A DNA stretch of 64,000 nt from Camelus dromedarius (taxonomy: Eukaryota): the NCBI RefSeq assembly GCF_036321535.1, contig NC_087436.1:38380001-38444000 (forward strand). The letters run 5' to 3'. The position numbers were made by a program, and so were the translations under genes. Positions 37,501-51,420 of this stretch are shown here, piece by piece; the stretch's first letter is position 1, and every line of letters starts with the position of its first letter. Under the pieces are notes generated by a model that worked only from the letters and a program-made list of their open reading frames with translations, did not search any database and was not told the DNA's origin.

Positions 37501-38099
37501 GTGATTCATGTACAAATTGTTCCATTATGTTCTAGTTCTAGACAGTGTACTTGTGGCGTTTTGGTTTTAGTTTTTAACAAGCCCCCTGTAACCTGAACTA
37601 CAACAACAGTGAGGCAAGTGAGACTCAAGGGTCATGTCTGCACTCCAGGGGCTGTACTCACCCTACTCATAATGCACAATTAGGCAGCTTGATACCTATA
37701 TGACTAAAACGAACTATGGATTGTTCCCTATCAATGTATCTAATCCTCTATTATGCCCTATGAACTATTATATATATATATATATAAAATATATCTACTT
37801 ATATATTTATATATATACAATAAATATAATGGGCAGTCTATGCCCTGCAGGAGTTTACAACAAAAAGTAACTATTTAAATTTTCTAGTTACAATTAAATT
37901 TAAAATTTTACATCACTCCCTCCAAGAGCATCTATCCAGCTTCCACTTTTCTAAATTGAATGGCATCGATTTTTCCTGACAAAACATCCCTTAGAGGCAA
38001 GGACCGTCCTGTAGTAAAGTCTCTTTGAACACAGTAGATCTATAAACACTGTAAATAGATTGATGATATGGTATGAACCTAATATACATTCACACAACA

Positions 38100-38342
38100 A
38101 TTATTTTAGGTAAGATTTAGTCCTAAGTACTTTATGGTAACTAATTTAATCTTTAAAACATTTCCTCTGAAGTAGGTAATATTAATTACTACCCCTTATC
38201 TAAATGTGGGTGAACTGGGTTACAGGGAGGATAAGTAACTTATCCAAGGACACACTGCTCCTGGGTGCCACAGCCAGGATGCAAACCCAGATGAAGAGCA
38301 ACAGCATCCAATGACTGAAGCTACTGTCAGAACCACTGCTGT
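38100..38342 (-). mobile_element. MIR SINE
   Basis: tttaatctttaaaaca...tgaagtaggtaatatt...gaggataagtaacttatccaaggacacac...cagccaggatgcaaacccag. Confidence 0.8.
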
Positions 38343-39655
38343 GAGGATCACAGTCATTAGAATTCTTCTATGACCCCAGGCTGAATTCTTTTGGATCCAG
38401 GTAGTTTCTTTTACTCTCTGAGTAAAAAAAAAGAGTATTTGGCTCATTATTCATACACTGACATAGAAATTTGCCAACAATTAGTAGTTTAATCTTGGAA
38501 AAGTACTGATATGAAATGTTCTAAGTGAATGGGTTCATTTATACAATGTCCTTCTTCCTGGAAGAAACATCCACTTTCTGCCACATCTTTAGAGGTAAGA
38601 TCAAATGGTTTGCTTTTCTAATAAAATTATTCCTCAGAAGTATTTCCTGACTTTCCAAAAATGAACTAAATATCATTTGGTAAGATAAGTTCTCTGAAAA
38701 AGAAATCATCCTAAAAGAAAAGCAATACATAATAAAGCATTCTAAAACAGTAATGTATAATAAATCTAAGAAAATTCTGCACTTTCCCCACCATGAAATG
38801 CTAAGGTTATCACTGAGAAATTATCAGATGTTTTTATCCTTCAAAGGAATAAGGCTGCCTACTTAGACCTAAGCAGAGGGCCCTGGACCACTGTAAAAAA
38901 CTCTCCAATATCCATGATTTTAAATGATCCAACCAGTGTCCGGGTCATGGTTCAGAGGACAAAGGGCTCCTGCCTTTCCCCATGTTACTGAGGCTCCCGC
39001 TTATCTCCGATTTATGACAAATGACTTGTTAGTCCATAAACTCACATAGTTTTGGCAACTATTATATAATTCTGTCAGCACTTGAAGGTGGCCAGGAAGG
39101 CTCCAGCATCAAGGTCAGAGGTACTGGTTCCTGGGGAGAACTGGGAAGAGAATAAAAGTTTTTTCATCCACTGTTCAAGCATTGTATGGGGCTAGAAGCT
39201 GAATCAGGCATTGATCTCTTGGAAATATAGTTGAATCAGCCTCTATGTCCAGAAAAAAAAAAGAAGTGCAGTAAGATGGCCAGATTACATAATGATTCCA
39301 CTGAGGATTAAAAATAGTGTCAATAATAACCATATGGAACAAAAGGTATCATACAGGTTGATGTTGGTTTAAAAATAAGGCCAATTAAAACAAAGTCAGA
39401 AGTCAAAGAATAGGAGAGTTTCACTACTATAATAATACTGCTATTCCAAAAGTTAGACACATTTAGTTAAGAAACTGAAAATAAAATAAAGGGTAGATTT
39501 CAAAGACATTTTTCAGTGAGATAACTTAGAAACTAGAAAACAAAATTTACTTTTTTTCTGCCTGTTTATTAAGATAAGTATCTAATATCGCAAAGAAGCT
39601 GAAGTCATCTTGCCAAACCATCTATGACCCTTTAGACTGAGGGCAAATCTTGACT

Positions 39656-39704
39656 GATAGGTAGGTAGACAGGTAGGTAGGTAGGTAGATAGATAGATAG
39701 ATAA

Positions 39705-39753
<49 letters not shown>
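39656..39753 (+). repeat. Compound (GGTA)n(GATA)n tetranucleotide microsatellite
   Basis: Read directly. Confidence 0.97.
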
Positions 39754-39956
39754 GTCTATTCCAAGGAGAAGGGTAGAAGTGGCTAACAAATAATGAGATT
39801 TATAACTTTTGTCTAATAAATACTTACACCAGATGTTAAACCACAAAACTTACAGATTTGTAAGCTAGTCATTCTGATAGAATTAAAGATATATATATAT
39901 ATACACATACACACATGTATATATTTGTAGATATATATATTCACAAGTCTGAAGTT

Positions 39957-40200
39957 GAAGGCAGTACAGTATAAAAGAAAGCACATGGGGTTTGATAGAA
40001 GGACCTTTGTCTAAATCAATTCTCTGCTATTTGCTAACTACATGACATCTGCAAGTCAGTTAAACCCTTTGGGAATTAACACAGGTAATAATTTAGGTAA
40101 TAATTTAGAATTCTTAAAAAAATCATTACCCCAAAAGATATTTTCAAATTCAATGTGAAGGACTGGCATAATGATGGTACGGATAAATATTATAATAATG
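39957..40200 (+). mobile_element. MIR SINE
   Basis: gaaggcagtacagtataaaagaaagcacatggggtttg...ctctgctatttgctaactacatgacatctgcaagtcagttaaacc. Confidence 0.7.
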
Positions 40201-40899
40201 TCTGATTGAATTTTCTAATTATGCTTGTGTAAAGTCAGATAATGTTTTAAGTGAATGATGCTTTAACAAAGTTTTGTTGCCCAAAAGCCATTTGACCCAA
40301 TGATAAAATTTCTAATATTTACAACATCCATGTAGAACATTCAAAAGCATTCCAATGGAATTTCTCACATCATCCATCAGTTACTTTGAAAACAGACAAG
40401 GCTCTTTACTATGGCATCTGGCAAGTCTCCTGATAATCTTTGATCTCCTTATCTGGGTGGAATCCACTGCAGCAATCACAGCCATCAGTGGTTTTCCAAC
40501 TTAACAGCTAAGTATATTTGGAAAAATCCAAATTTTGTATCTTTTCAAGAATGTTGTCAAATTTAACATTTTTACTGTCTTGGGATAGGGTGGGTAAAGT
40601 GAAGTTCAGCAGTGGAGATAAATTACATTCTTCTCCTCTCTAGTAATGCTCACAGAACTTCCAGAAAGTTCATTTTACTCCTGTACATGCAAGAGGGAAG
40701 GCAGTGTGGTAAAGTGGAAAGAGACCTGGAATCAGAATGAGAGGAAGAAACAATCTATGTTGAGCAACTATGATGTGCCAGGCACCAGTGTTCTATAAAT
40801 GTAAGTATTGTGTATTCAGTATCACATATAGTATGTAACAATATATCTTTGTGCATATGTATATATATTATGTGTGTGTATACTTTAATGAAGATATTA

Positions 40900-41095
40900 C
40901 CATCTGCCTTCAAATCTCAACTTCACTGCTTACCATATGGATGGGGCAAATTTCTTAATTACTCTGCATTCCAATTTCTTCTATTGTGAGTTAGAATATT
41001 TACTTCACAAGATTGTTTTGAGGACTAAATGGGATAAAATATGAAAAAATATTTGACATACTGTCTGGAACACTATAGGCACTCAATAAAATCAT
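40900..41095 (+). mobile_element. MIR SINE
   Basis: ttcaaatctcaacttcactgcttac...gggcaaatttcttaa...agattgttttgaggactaaatgggataa...tgtctggaacactataggcactcaataaa. Confidence 0.8.
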
Positions 41096-41099
41096 AATG

Positions 41100-41352
41100 C
41101 TTATCATGCAGATACTTAGTACTTAATATGGGCCTGGCGTTGTTTTAAGTGCTTTATAAATATTAACTTTTAAAATCTTCATAATAATCCTTAGTTCACC
41201 TGTTATTATCATCCCTCGTTTACTAATAAACTGAGAACCTGAGAGGTTAAACAACTTGCCCAACATCACATAGTTAACAGACACTGAATTAAAGTTAAAA
41301 CCCAGGTGACTTCATCCCAGAGTTTCTGTGTCTAACCATCATGCTCTGCTGC
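41100..41352 (-). mobile_element. MIR SINE (near full length)
   Basis: ttttaagtgctttataaatattaact...ttattatcatccc...aaactgagaacctgagaggttaaacaacttgcccaacatcacatag...aacccagg...taaccatcatgctctgctgcc. Confidence 0.85.
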
Positions 41353-41524
41353 CAGAGTTGACTCTGAACTTTCTGGCAAAACTTTTATTTTAAAGGTGCC
41401 CTTTAGGAAGTTAAAAATACATATTATTCCAATTTTAATAAATTACCTCCAGATGACTACAAACTATATTAGAGAGTTATATAAACATACTTCAAATGTC
41501 CAATTGCTCAAGGAGATAAACATA

Positions 41525-41940
41525 TATAGCAAACAAATGGTACACAATCAGGACAATTCAAGAAGGGTTTGTGAGAGAGCTACTTACAAAAGTGTGAGCT
41601 GGTCACAGGGAAACTGTAGGAGAGAATGCAATGTCTCTGGTTAGAATCCATGGGGCTGTGTAGATCAAAAAGTACAAAGAAACAGAATTTTGCTGGAACC
41701 CAGAAGGAGCAAGTTGTGTAGGGAGGCCCTCATTGAGAAAGTTATTTGGTTAAGAGGCACAGCCAACCCAAAGTGCCTGGGCAGGGAGGGAGGCAAAGGA
41801 GTAGACACCTGGCCTCACACTTCCTCCTGCAGACCCCCTACCAGGTCTCTCACTGGCACGTGGAAGCCCAGAAGCCTAATGAGGAAGTCCATACAGGTCA
41901 GCCTCCTGGGTCAGGGAGCAGGGGGAGAAGGCTGGCTCAG
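41525..41940 (-). mobile_element. LTR33-like ERVL solo LTR
   Basis: ctacttacaaaagtgtgagc...cagggaaac...gcagggagggagg...cctcacacttcctcc...agtccatacaggtcagcctcctgggtcagggagcagggggagaagg. Confidence 0.75.
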
Positions 41941-42485
41941 GTATTTTTCCAGATCTCCCAAATACCGGCATTCTAGGTACCAAATGTTTACATTTCCATT
42001 ATCTTATCAAATATCTTCTTAAAATTTCTGTCCTACTTTCTTGACTTTTCTAAAATAAAGGACATAGTCTATAAATAAATTTTTGTACTAGCTCCAAAAT
42101 AGTAGCACCCTCAGGAGCAACAGAGGGGCCTGACTGCTTACCCAACACTTGTGTCCACAAAGTGTGCACTCCTGTGTCCCTCAGAACACAGCTAACAAGC
42201 ATGTTTTCAAGCGTCATGTGAGAAAAGTTTTCTGAACCAAACTGGGGAAAACATGGGATTAAACAAATTTAAATAGATTTCTTAACTGAGCTACTTGCGT
42301 ATATTTGTTAGTCACTGTGTAACCCTCCCTTTAGGAGGCAAGCACATGTCTAGGGAGACATCTTAGTTTTAGCTTACTAATTGGAGAAGGCAGTAGAGTT
42401 AACGGTATGAGATTTAGTTAAAAATCTGTAGTCATAAAAAGATGATAATAAAAACATTTAATTTTGAGATTGGATTCTACTTCAC

Positions 42486-42725
42486 TATTTTTTATATTTT
42501 ATTTTGTTATATTTATGTATTTTTACATATTTGAAATTATATATTTTTATATTTCAATATAAGCTACTCATTTTTTATATTTCTGTATTTTTGTTTTATT
42601 ATCATGTTTTATTTTTCATACATATATTTTATTTTATATGCATATTATTTTTTAATTTTGTTTTATATCTTTATTTTATATTTTATTTTTTAAATTTATA
42701 TCTTTTTAAATATTTTTACTATAAT
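42486..42725. repeat. T/A-rich low-complexity tract
   Basis: Long T- and A-rich run; it also explains the spurious F/Y/I/L-rich ORF 42504-42827. Confidence 0.85.
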
Positions 42726-43429
42726 AAGCCACTTTGTGACTCTAATCTTCAACAAAGTGGGAATAAAATATTTGATATGATAACCCATGATCTTTGTATG
42801 ATATTTAAAATAAAATTTAAAAGGTAAATTGTCTTGCACAGCAGCAAAAATGGTTAACTTCAAAACCAGAGATAGTTGACCAGGGTATATTTCGTCTGTT
42901 TCAAGGGGAACATCTTTTGTCATGATGTCCACCTCCCACTGGCAGCTGACCCCACCTTCTTCTCCTAGTCAGTACTGTGGTGGTTAAGCCTTAGTCTTTG
43001 TGTGCCTGCCCCTTGATGAGTGGGCCCTGCTCTTCCCCTTTAGAGTGACCCCCAAGCTCCTTATCAGCCCTAACTCTCTCCTACGCTGACTTCCTTCACT
43101 AACACAAGTTCCCAGCACCTGCCACTGCCCAGCACTTCTCTCATAGTTTACAGTTACATAGTTTACAGGTACACAGTCATGCTACAAGAGCAAAACACTC
43201 TGGCAGCCAAGCGAAGAGAAGGTCTGTCCTATAGCTAAAGAAGACATACCCACAGTTTATTAGATTAACATTTTTTGCTACAGAACATGTGTTAACAGGC
43301 AGCATGCTAATTAGTGATCAAAAGTAAACTATTTATATATTATTATCCCAAGATTTTGAATAATTAACTACAAATACTGGACAAGCAAATGAAACCTAAG
43401 GACATAACTAAGAAAAAAATTACTCCTAC

Positions 43430-43668
43430 CAGTTACTGAGTTTCAACCAATATACTAGGCACAATAGGTGCTTTTATATGCAATATTTTATTTAATCTTC
43501 CCAGCATAGCTGTAAGCTAGATGTTTTTCTTGTTCTATTTCAGATGAGGAAATTGAGGTTTAGAAAAATTAAGAAAGTTATCTAAGGCCCCAGAACAGGC
43601 AAATGATAGAGCTGCAAGTCAACACCATCTTTCGTTAGCCAAATCTTGAGCTGTTTACTGTCACGCTG
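43430..43668 (-). mobile_element. MIR SINE
   Basis: taggcacaataggtgctttta...tttaatcttcccagca...cagatgaggaaattgaggtttagaaaaattaagaaagttatctaagg. Confidence 0.82.
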
Positions 43669-46492
43669 TAAATCTACCAAATGTATCAGCCCATGTTGGG
43701 TGCTTGTAGATCTGCTGTATCTCTGTAAAGGCCTCAGGAAATCTTTAGAAATTTTTCTCAAAATTTAGATTCATATGTAGCACTATTCATAGACAGCAAA
43801 TAATTGAGACCACAGTGGCCTCTGGCATTTTGTAGCTAAGTTTGCTATGAAAAGATGTACCAATGGTAAGAAACAACCATATTTGAGAAAGGTTCAGCAC
43901 AGTAAATCCAATTCCAGAAAGTATCTTTTAATGCAAGAAACAATAAAGTGGTTTCATGGAAAAATTTGGTAGTAGAAATTGAAAAGTGTCTGGAAAAATA
44001 CTAACTTTGTTTTTAAATTAAGTATGTAGTATAATGCACATACTTTATATTGAGTAACATAAATGTCAAAGGTAAGCATAATTCTTTCCCTAAAAATGTT
44101 TAGCCTCTATACCAGAAGAATAAAATTTATCTAAGATTCCTAAAAATCTTTTTCTTGGGAAGATTCACACCCTATGGATATCATAATAAAATTATCACCA
44201 CACTAATTTTCCACATCTACAATTCTAAAATGCCAGATTTTGAAGAAGACCCCCACATTCCTGGAAAATAATACTTCAAACTCTAGATATTTCTCTCAGA
44301 ATGATAAAAGGTAAATGGTAATTTTTTTGGGATTAGTATCTTTGGCATTTAACCTGATTATCGAATATGGTCAAATATTACAAAGATCTTCATTCAAGAC
44401 ACAATAGTAAAAACTTCACCAAAGACTGCTTCTGAATATAGATGCTTTTTCACTAAGCCTAGAAATCTATGTATATTCCCTTTTAGAAATAGATTTTTGT
44501 GACCATGGAAATATTTTCTTCCATGAATCACTGAAAACATGGTATTTGTTTTCCCAAATTCATAAATTTTTCCTAACAACTTCAAGTCATCTTGAGTATT
44601 AAAAATGTATTACATATATAGTGTCACCTGCACATTCATTATTATTATAAAATTGCACTATAATAATAATACTGTATTATAGTATTAGAATGATGGTGTC
44701 ACTTTCCTGAATAAAACAACTTTATTTTCTGAATAAAATGTTTAATTTTTCTTTTTTAAAAAAGATCCACATTACAAAATATGTATTTGTTTTAGTAAAT
44801 ATTGTGTTTGATTGTGTAACACAAATGAAGAGTTAACCTGAAGTCAAATAGAATTCTCAGGGTTATTTGACAGGTTTTCTAAAAGTTGCAACTTGATGGA
44901 TATCACAAAATATACTTTAGAAGTATAAAAGAAAATAAAAATAAAAGGTGCTCGATTTTTGGAAACACAAAGCCAAAATTAAAATTACAGGGAATAAGCT
45001 GCCATCTCTGTTCTTTACTTACCCCAAATAAATATATTATTTATTGCTCATTGATCATCAGCTCTGAGGCTATATCCTACATTCATTTCTTCACATCTTT
45101 TTATTCTGGTACATCTCCTGATTGAATAGCCCAGAGATTTTGAAGGAAGCACAATAAACAATAGAAGCAATATGCAGTTTCCAGGTGGATTTCACCAGTG
45201 ACATTCTGTCACATGGAATTCTTATACCTCCCACTACAACTCAGTGAGGACTGGCTCCCGGAGACGTTAAACAGCCTTAGGCACTCTGACATTTAACATC
45301 AACCAAAGCATTGAGGATAGTATTTCTGACCATATGATTGTATTTTACCCTTAGAAATAATGTTCTGTATATAGGCTATCAGTATTAATTGCTAGTGAAG
45401 TTGAAGTATTTTCCTTTCTCAGTCTTTGTATGTCTGCCTTTTAGAACCTATAATCATGATTTAAATTATATATGACTGAACTGTCTTAAATAAATATTTA
45501 CATCTGATTTATGAGTATGTGTATATGAAACAGAGGAAGGCATTTTAAATTATTAAAGTACCCCCACAACATAACTTAATCAGCCTAATATGATATCTGT
45601 TCTATTATTAGCTCTGTTATTTGCTGAATTATTAATTCATCAATAAACTTTGCTTTAAATTAATAGGAAGTTTTTTATGTACACAGCATGTAATCCTCTC
45701 CTTTTAATATGGTGGGTTGATTTATTTCTGGGTGTTTCTGAATAAGTTTAATCCCTCCTTAGACTAAATCAATGTTTTCCAAATTTTGACCTATATTTTG
45801 ACAGTCCTTGTCAAATAAATCTGAGAAATAAAACATATTTATATGTCTTTTGTACAGTATAATGCACATCACCCTATCAAAGACACTGATGATTCCTATA
45901 ATTTAAAAAAAAAAAACCTAAAAAAGAAAAAAAAAGGTGGAATTCAAAATTTCCCACTGAACACTTTTATAGTATAGCATAATTTAACATTTAGGACAAG
46001 TAATGACACTTGGGACACTTTTTGAGAAGATCATTATATGATTTCTGTCACATAGTAAGCAGATTTATCCCTTCTGTAAAATAAATTGTGTAACTAATTA
46101 TCATGTTACTATCCTATGAAATCCCTGAAGATGTAACAGAGTCAGCCTGACACATCACATTGATTATGTATTGTACCGTTTTTTCAATCTAGAAACTATA
46201 CAACTAATTATGATCAAGCTTAGAAATTGGTAAATAAATATTTTGTCAATTGATTTATATAAATGTATATGTTATTTTACATTACAGATAATACATATTT
46301 AGAGATTCATTTTGTTCATATATGTTCTATTTTTAACCCAAGAAAGTTGAAGAACACAGCATATCTTCTTATTATAAATGAAGACAGACACTTTGGGTTT
46401 TCCAAAGTAGTTAAGTCTCAGAAATATTCAGCTTAACGAGAAACTAGTACCTAAAGGCCAATCGTGTATCAGTGAACACCAACCAAAATAAC

Positions 46493-46714
46493 GAGGCAGC
46501 GTGGATTAAGAGTCTGGGATCTGGATTTGAGTCTCAAGTCTGCCACCTTACTAACTGTGTGACCTTGAAAAAATTACCTCCTTCTCTGATGTTTATTGGG
46601 GAAATAATGTAGAACTTTTTGTTATGAAGAATTTTTCAGTGTTAAGATAATAAGCGTGTAGAATATAGCACAATGATTGATGTACTGAGCTCTAGATAAA
46701 CCTCACATATTATT
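46493..46714 (+). mobile_element. MIR SINE
   Basis: gaggcagcgtggattaagagt...tctgccaccttactaactgtgtgaccttg. Confidence 0.8.
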
Positions 46715-47039
46715 AAACAGTCTGCTTGCCACTAGGTAACAATCAGAAAAAATAAAATTATTTTTCCTTCCCAAATATATTCTAACATACAGCCATGAAA
46801 TACAGAACAGTATGATAACAAAATCACAGCAGGAGACTTTCAAGTAAATGAAAATTTATCTAAACTATCATTGACATGGTACAAATTAAACTTTATGTTC
46901 AAATAAACGAGTATGAGAGTTATGCAAGCTTTTAAAACAGCAATGAACATCTCCATCAATTCTCTTTGAAATGCTTCAGGTTTATAAATCAAGATCAAAT
47001 CATGGAGCTAAAGAAATCAATATTGCAAAATCCCTTAAC

Positions 47040-49257
47040 TGTATTAGTTTTGCTGCACAACAAATAATCCAAAATCTCAGTGGCTTAATAACTAAGCATC
47101 TATTTCTTGCTCTTTTTACAGGCCAATGGCTAAGAGTTAGCTGCTTGGTCCTGTGTGTCTCGGTTCCATGTATCTCCTCATTTCTGCACCCATGCTAAAG
47201 AAGCAGCTCTTCAGGAGACAATCTCAAAAACTTACAGGAGAGAAAAGCAAGAGGCCTTGTGTAAGCAACACAACTGCATTCAAAGCTTCTGTTTATCTGT
47301 GGCGTATGTCCTATTCCACTGGACAAAGTGAGCTGCATGGCCAAGGCCAGAGAACATAGGGCAGAGATGTGTACTCCTCCCAGAGGGGCAAGCAGGTCAC
47401 ACAGCAGTGGACTTATATATAATCCACTCGCTTGGAAGGATGACGTAAGTAATTGTGAACAAAACCTATCTCAGTTCACCTTCTTGGTCACAGATACTCA
47501 CTTTGAACACTTCTTCACACAAAATTCACTCACACCTACAAGGAAGACATCCTAAAAGTTTCAACCAAGTAAGACATTGGCCTTGGCGGTCATGATCGTG
47601 TCTACACCAAATCCAAACAGCTCCTCTTGATTTGGACACATATGAACTAAGTAGACAAGTGATCTTCTCTAGATGCACTCCACACAAAGTGATGGAAAGA
47701 GGCAGGATAAACACATAAACATTCCCCTTTAAGGTGGAAAAAATGGAGAACACAGAGCACTCACTGGTCCATAGAAGCTCTGAAATCCCACTGGGCAAGC
47801 AGGAGGGCACTGGGCGTAGGGGAAATGAAGTGTCTTTGATTAGGAGTCTGGGATTCGCTCCTCAGAGAGTTTACTCCAGGGCTACTGACTCCAACCACTT
47901 CCTTCCTTTTCCTTTACCCTCCGTGATCATATCTGAATAGAAAATTAGAAAATAGGCCTTCCTTGGAGCTGAGCAGCGCTTTTGGCCTCTTCCTGCCCAG
48001 AGAAAGTTGGTGGTCCAAGTGTCACTTTAAGATACAAAAAGCCACACACCTGCTATTTCAGGCTAGAAATACTCTTGGCATTAAAACTCTTTTAATTTTT
48101 CTTTTTATCTTGTCTTTTCTTATATTTATGTGATCTATTCTGCTCCATGTACTAATAGATACGCTCACTATTCTTTTACAAATCTGTTTCTCTCTCTAAA
48201 CTCAAGTACAGGTATTTGAGTTTATCAGGCTTTGAGAGATCACTTCTTTGGTTTCTTTTTCCTGAGCCATTTTGTCCAGCTGAAAGGAGTTACTGAGGGG
48301 CACATTAATCCAATCAAAAGATTTTGTGTACATGCCAATAATTTTGTCTTTGTCCCTAAACTGTCTTAACCTGAGTCTTAATTGGCCTTTGGGCTCAAAG
48401 TGCTTATCTTTTAACCAGTTAGAGATGAGAAATAGTTTGATTTTTCCTACCCTGTAAGTCCTGGAGTTTCTCACTCTTTAGTTTCCTTTTCATCCCTTAT
48501 GTTGAACAAGTCACCGATGTTTGAGATCATTTTCCTTCTTGTGTTACCTTATTGAACACAGCTTCTAACAACCAATTCACATTAGTAACATTTCAAATCC
48601 TCTTTACAGAAAGCCTTAAGTACATTATATACATGCTTGCCTTGCAAGTTATCTCAGGTAACAGTTTTACCAAATGCTTTGCTACTGCATAAAATGTGTC
48701 ACCAATTTTCCAGCCTCCAAAAAGTTTCCTCACTGCTGGCTCTCCCACCCCCAGAATCACTGTCATATATTTTAAGTTTTTATATGGTAATGCTCCACCT
48801 CTAAGCATCAAATTCTGTACTTTTCAAGTTTGCTGTGTAACAGCTGTAAAATTTCATGGGCTTACAAAAAGAAGCATCTTGTTAATGTTTCATGTGGGCA
48901 GTTACTGGATGGATGCAGCTAAGGTGACTCTGCTTGGCTTGGCTCCTTGGGTCTTATTCGAAGATCCAGGTGGAAGCTGAAGTTCTTATGTGGAAAAAAA
49001 TAACATTTTGAAAAGAGGCTGAGGTTTAGAGTTTCACTTAGCGCTTCTAAGTGGATGTAATGTAGTCATATCTGTTCACATTCCAATGACCAGAGAAAAT
49101 TACATGGTTAAATCCAAAATCAATGGGGAGGGAGGGAAAATATATACTCCTCACAACAGAAAGCAGGCAAGTCCCATGGCAATGGGCCAGAAGATAGAAA
49201 CTGTTTATGAGGAAGGGGTACCAAGTATAATTGTGAACAGTAATACAACCTACAAAA
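47040..49257 (-). mobile_element. Old MaLR (MLT1I/J-like) element with both LTRs: LTR 47040-47473, internal 47474-48815, LTR 48816-49257
   Basis: Both ends share MLT1 LTR landmarks (tgta..., ttgctg..aaca, atctcagtggctta/atttcatgggctta, ccactggacaaag/ccaatgaccagag, tactcctc, aattgtgaaca). The internal region ends agcatcaaattc|tgt, the reverse of the MaLR-int start GAATTTGGTACC. Confidence 0.8.
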
Positions 49258-49733
49258 TGCATACTTCAATAATTTTTTCAAATGATGCAAAAATTATGAT
49301 GCAAACATCCCCAGTAAAAACAGTAAAAATAAGACAGTACACTCATGCCATTTTCCCAAAAAAGCAAATCATTTATGGTACTTAAAAAATGTCTATTTTA
49401 AAAAATGGTATTGAGTCTTGTTTTAGATTTCTATCACCAATAGACACTGTTTAGGAAGTTGTATCTCTGCACAAGAAAACCTTCCACTCTCCTATCTCAA
49501 CTGAGCCAACTCAGAGCAGCTGCAACTACAAGTATTCATATTTGCAATAATCTCTGGCACATACCTGGATGGCCAGGGCCACCCAGCAGGAAACAGAAAG
49601 GAGTTCGGGGGTCATAACTTTGTCCTGTTCGTTTGTGTCTTTATGACTATCACTGTCATTACCAATATGGGCACTGCAATAAGACATGCCAAGACCTCGA
49701 GGCCAGCCACTGGCTGGGATATAACAGACATTC

Positions 49734-50244
49734 TGTAACTATCTCTTTAATGCTGTCAAAGCATCTAACATTAACAGACTGAAATAGCACATAAAACACT
49801 GATCAGCTTAAACTGGTTTTGCCTCCTTAAATAGGCTAATTGATTGATTAAACCCTGAGTTATCTTATGGAGACAGCACTGCATATGTGCAAGACAGGAT
49901 AACCTTGGAAGCAAGAATCATCATTCTATGGAACTCAAAGAATAGAAATATTGCCACTGGAGCCCTTTAAGAAGCTAGAAATCCTTCAGTAAGGAAAATC
50001 TGGCTTCCAGCAGCATGAGTAGTTTATGGATTAATTCGAGACCAGCTAATTGGCTTCCAAATTTGAAATTCCTCTAACCCCTTAAATTTCATCCCAAACC
50101 CTGGGTCAGAAGGACAGATTTGAGACCCTTGCCTCCTGTCTCCTTGTCTGTCAACCTCACAATAAAGTTCTTTCTTTTCTCAAAAGCCAGTGCCATCACA
50201 TTGCCTTCTGTGCACATCAGGCAGCGAGCCCTTGCTCAGTGACA
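49734..50244 (+). mobile_element. ERV1-class solo LTR
   Basis: TG...CA ends; U5-like gacagatttgagacccttgcctcctgtctcc...cacaataaag...aaagccagtgccat...ggcagcgagcccttgctcagtgaca with AATAAA at 50161. Confidence 0.7.
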
Positions 50245-50339
50245 AGATTACCGGGATAGAATCTTTAAACGGTCCCCACCATAACACCTGTCTGCTGATT
50301 GTGAGCATATAAGCAATACAGCTCCATTGTTGCCCTGAC

Positions 50340-50530
50340 CCCCTTCTCTCCCATATTTGAACATTTTAAATTATCTCTGTAATTGGTTAATGATTACTTC
50401 TCCAGCTAGAATTTTAGCTCCATGAAGGCAGAGACCATATCTAACTTAGTCACAACTGAATACCCAACAATCATATTCTATATATTACACATCACAAATG
50501 AATCATGAATATTTGTTGAATATATGACTG
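50340..50530 (+). mobile_element. L2 3' end
   Basis: tctccagctagaattttagctccatgaaggcagagaccatatct...aatatttgttgaat. Confidence 0.75.
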
Positions 50531-51329
50531 TGACTGAAAAAATAACTGAGAATTTTAATTTTGAAGCTTTGTTACATAATTCCTCATTTTAAAGAAAGCA
50601 GCAACTTTCTATATAGCCTCCTAAAGGAGGAAAAATGACAGAAAAGCTCCGAAGTGCTTTCTTACTTCCCGTCTGCATTCATCTACCCACTCCTGGTGGC
50701 CTCTTCCTGTTGGACTACCTTAAATAGCCCTTAGTATTTCCTGAACCTTTAGCATGTCATGACCACCCACGACCAAACATTAGAAATTCCTCCAATTGTG
50801 TGATTTCAGGCTGCATTGTATGTTTGTACGTGTGTGTGATTTAGGAACTATGTCTTGCCTAACTTAGGACACGATTATGTAAGAGAAATGAATTAAAAAA
50901 CAAAGGTTATTGCATTTTTTTTAATCTTGCAGTCTGGGAGGTACTGAAAATGATGTCATTCCCTAATGACCTCATTCATGATGGAATTGTGAAGTGGGTT
51001 ATGACAATGAAAGCATTACTGGGAGAACTTCCAGATCCATCTGGCAAGCACAGAACATATATTTTAAAAAGTGATTGCTCAGTTTCTAAATGTAATGTGC
51101 CAGGATTCAATGTTAAATCAGTGGGAAAGTAAACGTAAAAGACAGCAAACATAAATGATTAGTGCAGACCGAAAGCAAGATAAAATTTTATATTTTATAA
51201 CTAGGTTATAGGTTTTCATACATGAATATCATGAACACACATTTCCAGGGTATTTCTGAATTATGCTTCAGGAACTTACATTATTCTACTCTGTTTAATA
51301 ACTTTTAACTGATTTTTCCAGCTAATGCA

Positions 51330-51420
51330 TTTTAATCAGCTTTATTAAAGCATAAATTATATACAATAAAATTCACCAATTTTAAGTGTATAATACAATT
51401 ACTTACAATGTATTTTGACA
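51330..51420 (-). mobile_element. Old L1 (L1MB/MC-like) extreme 3' end
   Basis: cagctttattaaagcataaattatatacaataaaattcaccaattttaagtgtata. Confidence 0.6.

Noticed and set aside
39622..39846. ORF with IYLS repeats
   Set aside because: Translation of the (GATA)n microsatellite.
40084..40109. 12-bp tandem duplication aggtaataattt x2 (a similar 15-mer pair lies at ~43142-43171)
   Set aside because: Ordinary slippage duplications with no higher-order structure.
42504..42827. 107-aa hydrophobic ORF
   Set aside because: Translation of a T/A low-complexity tract.
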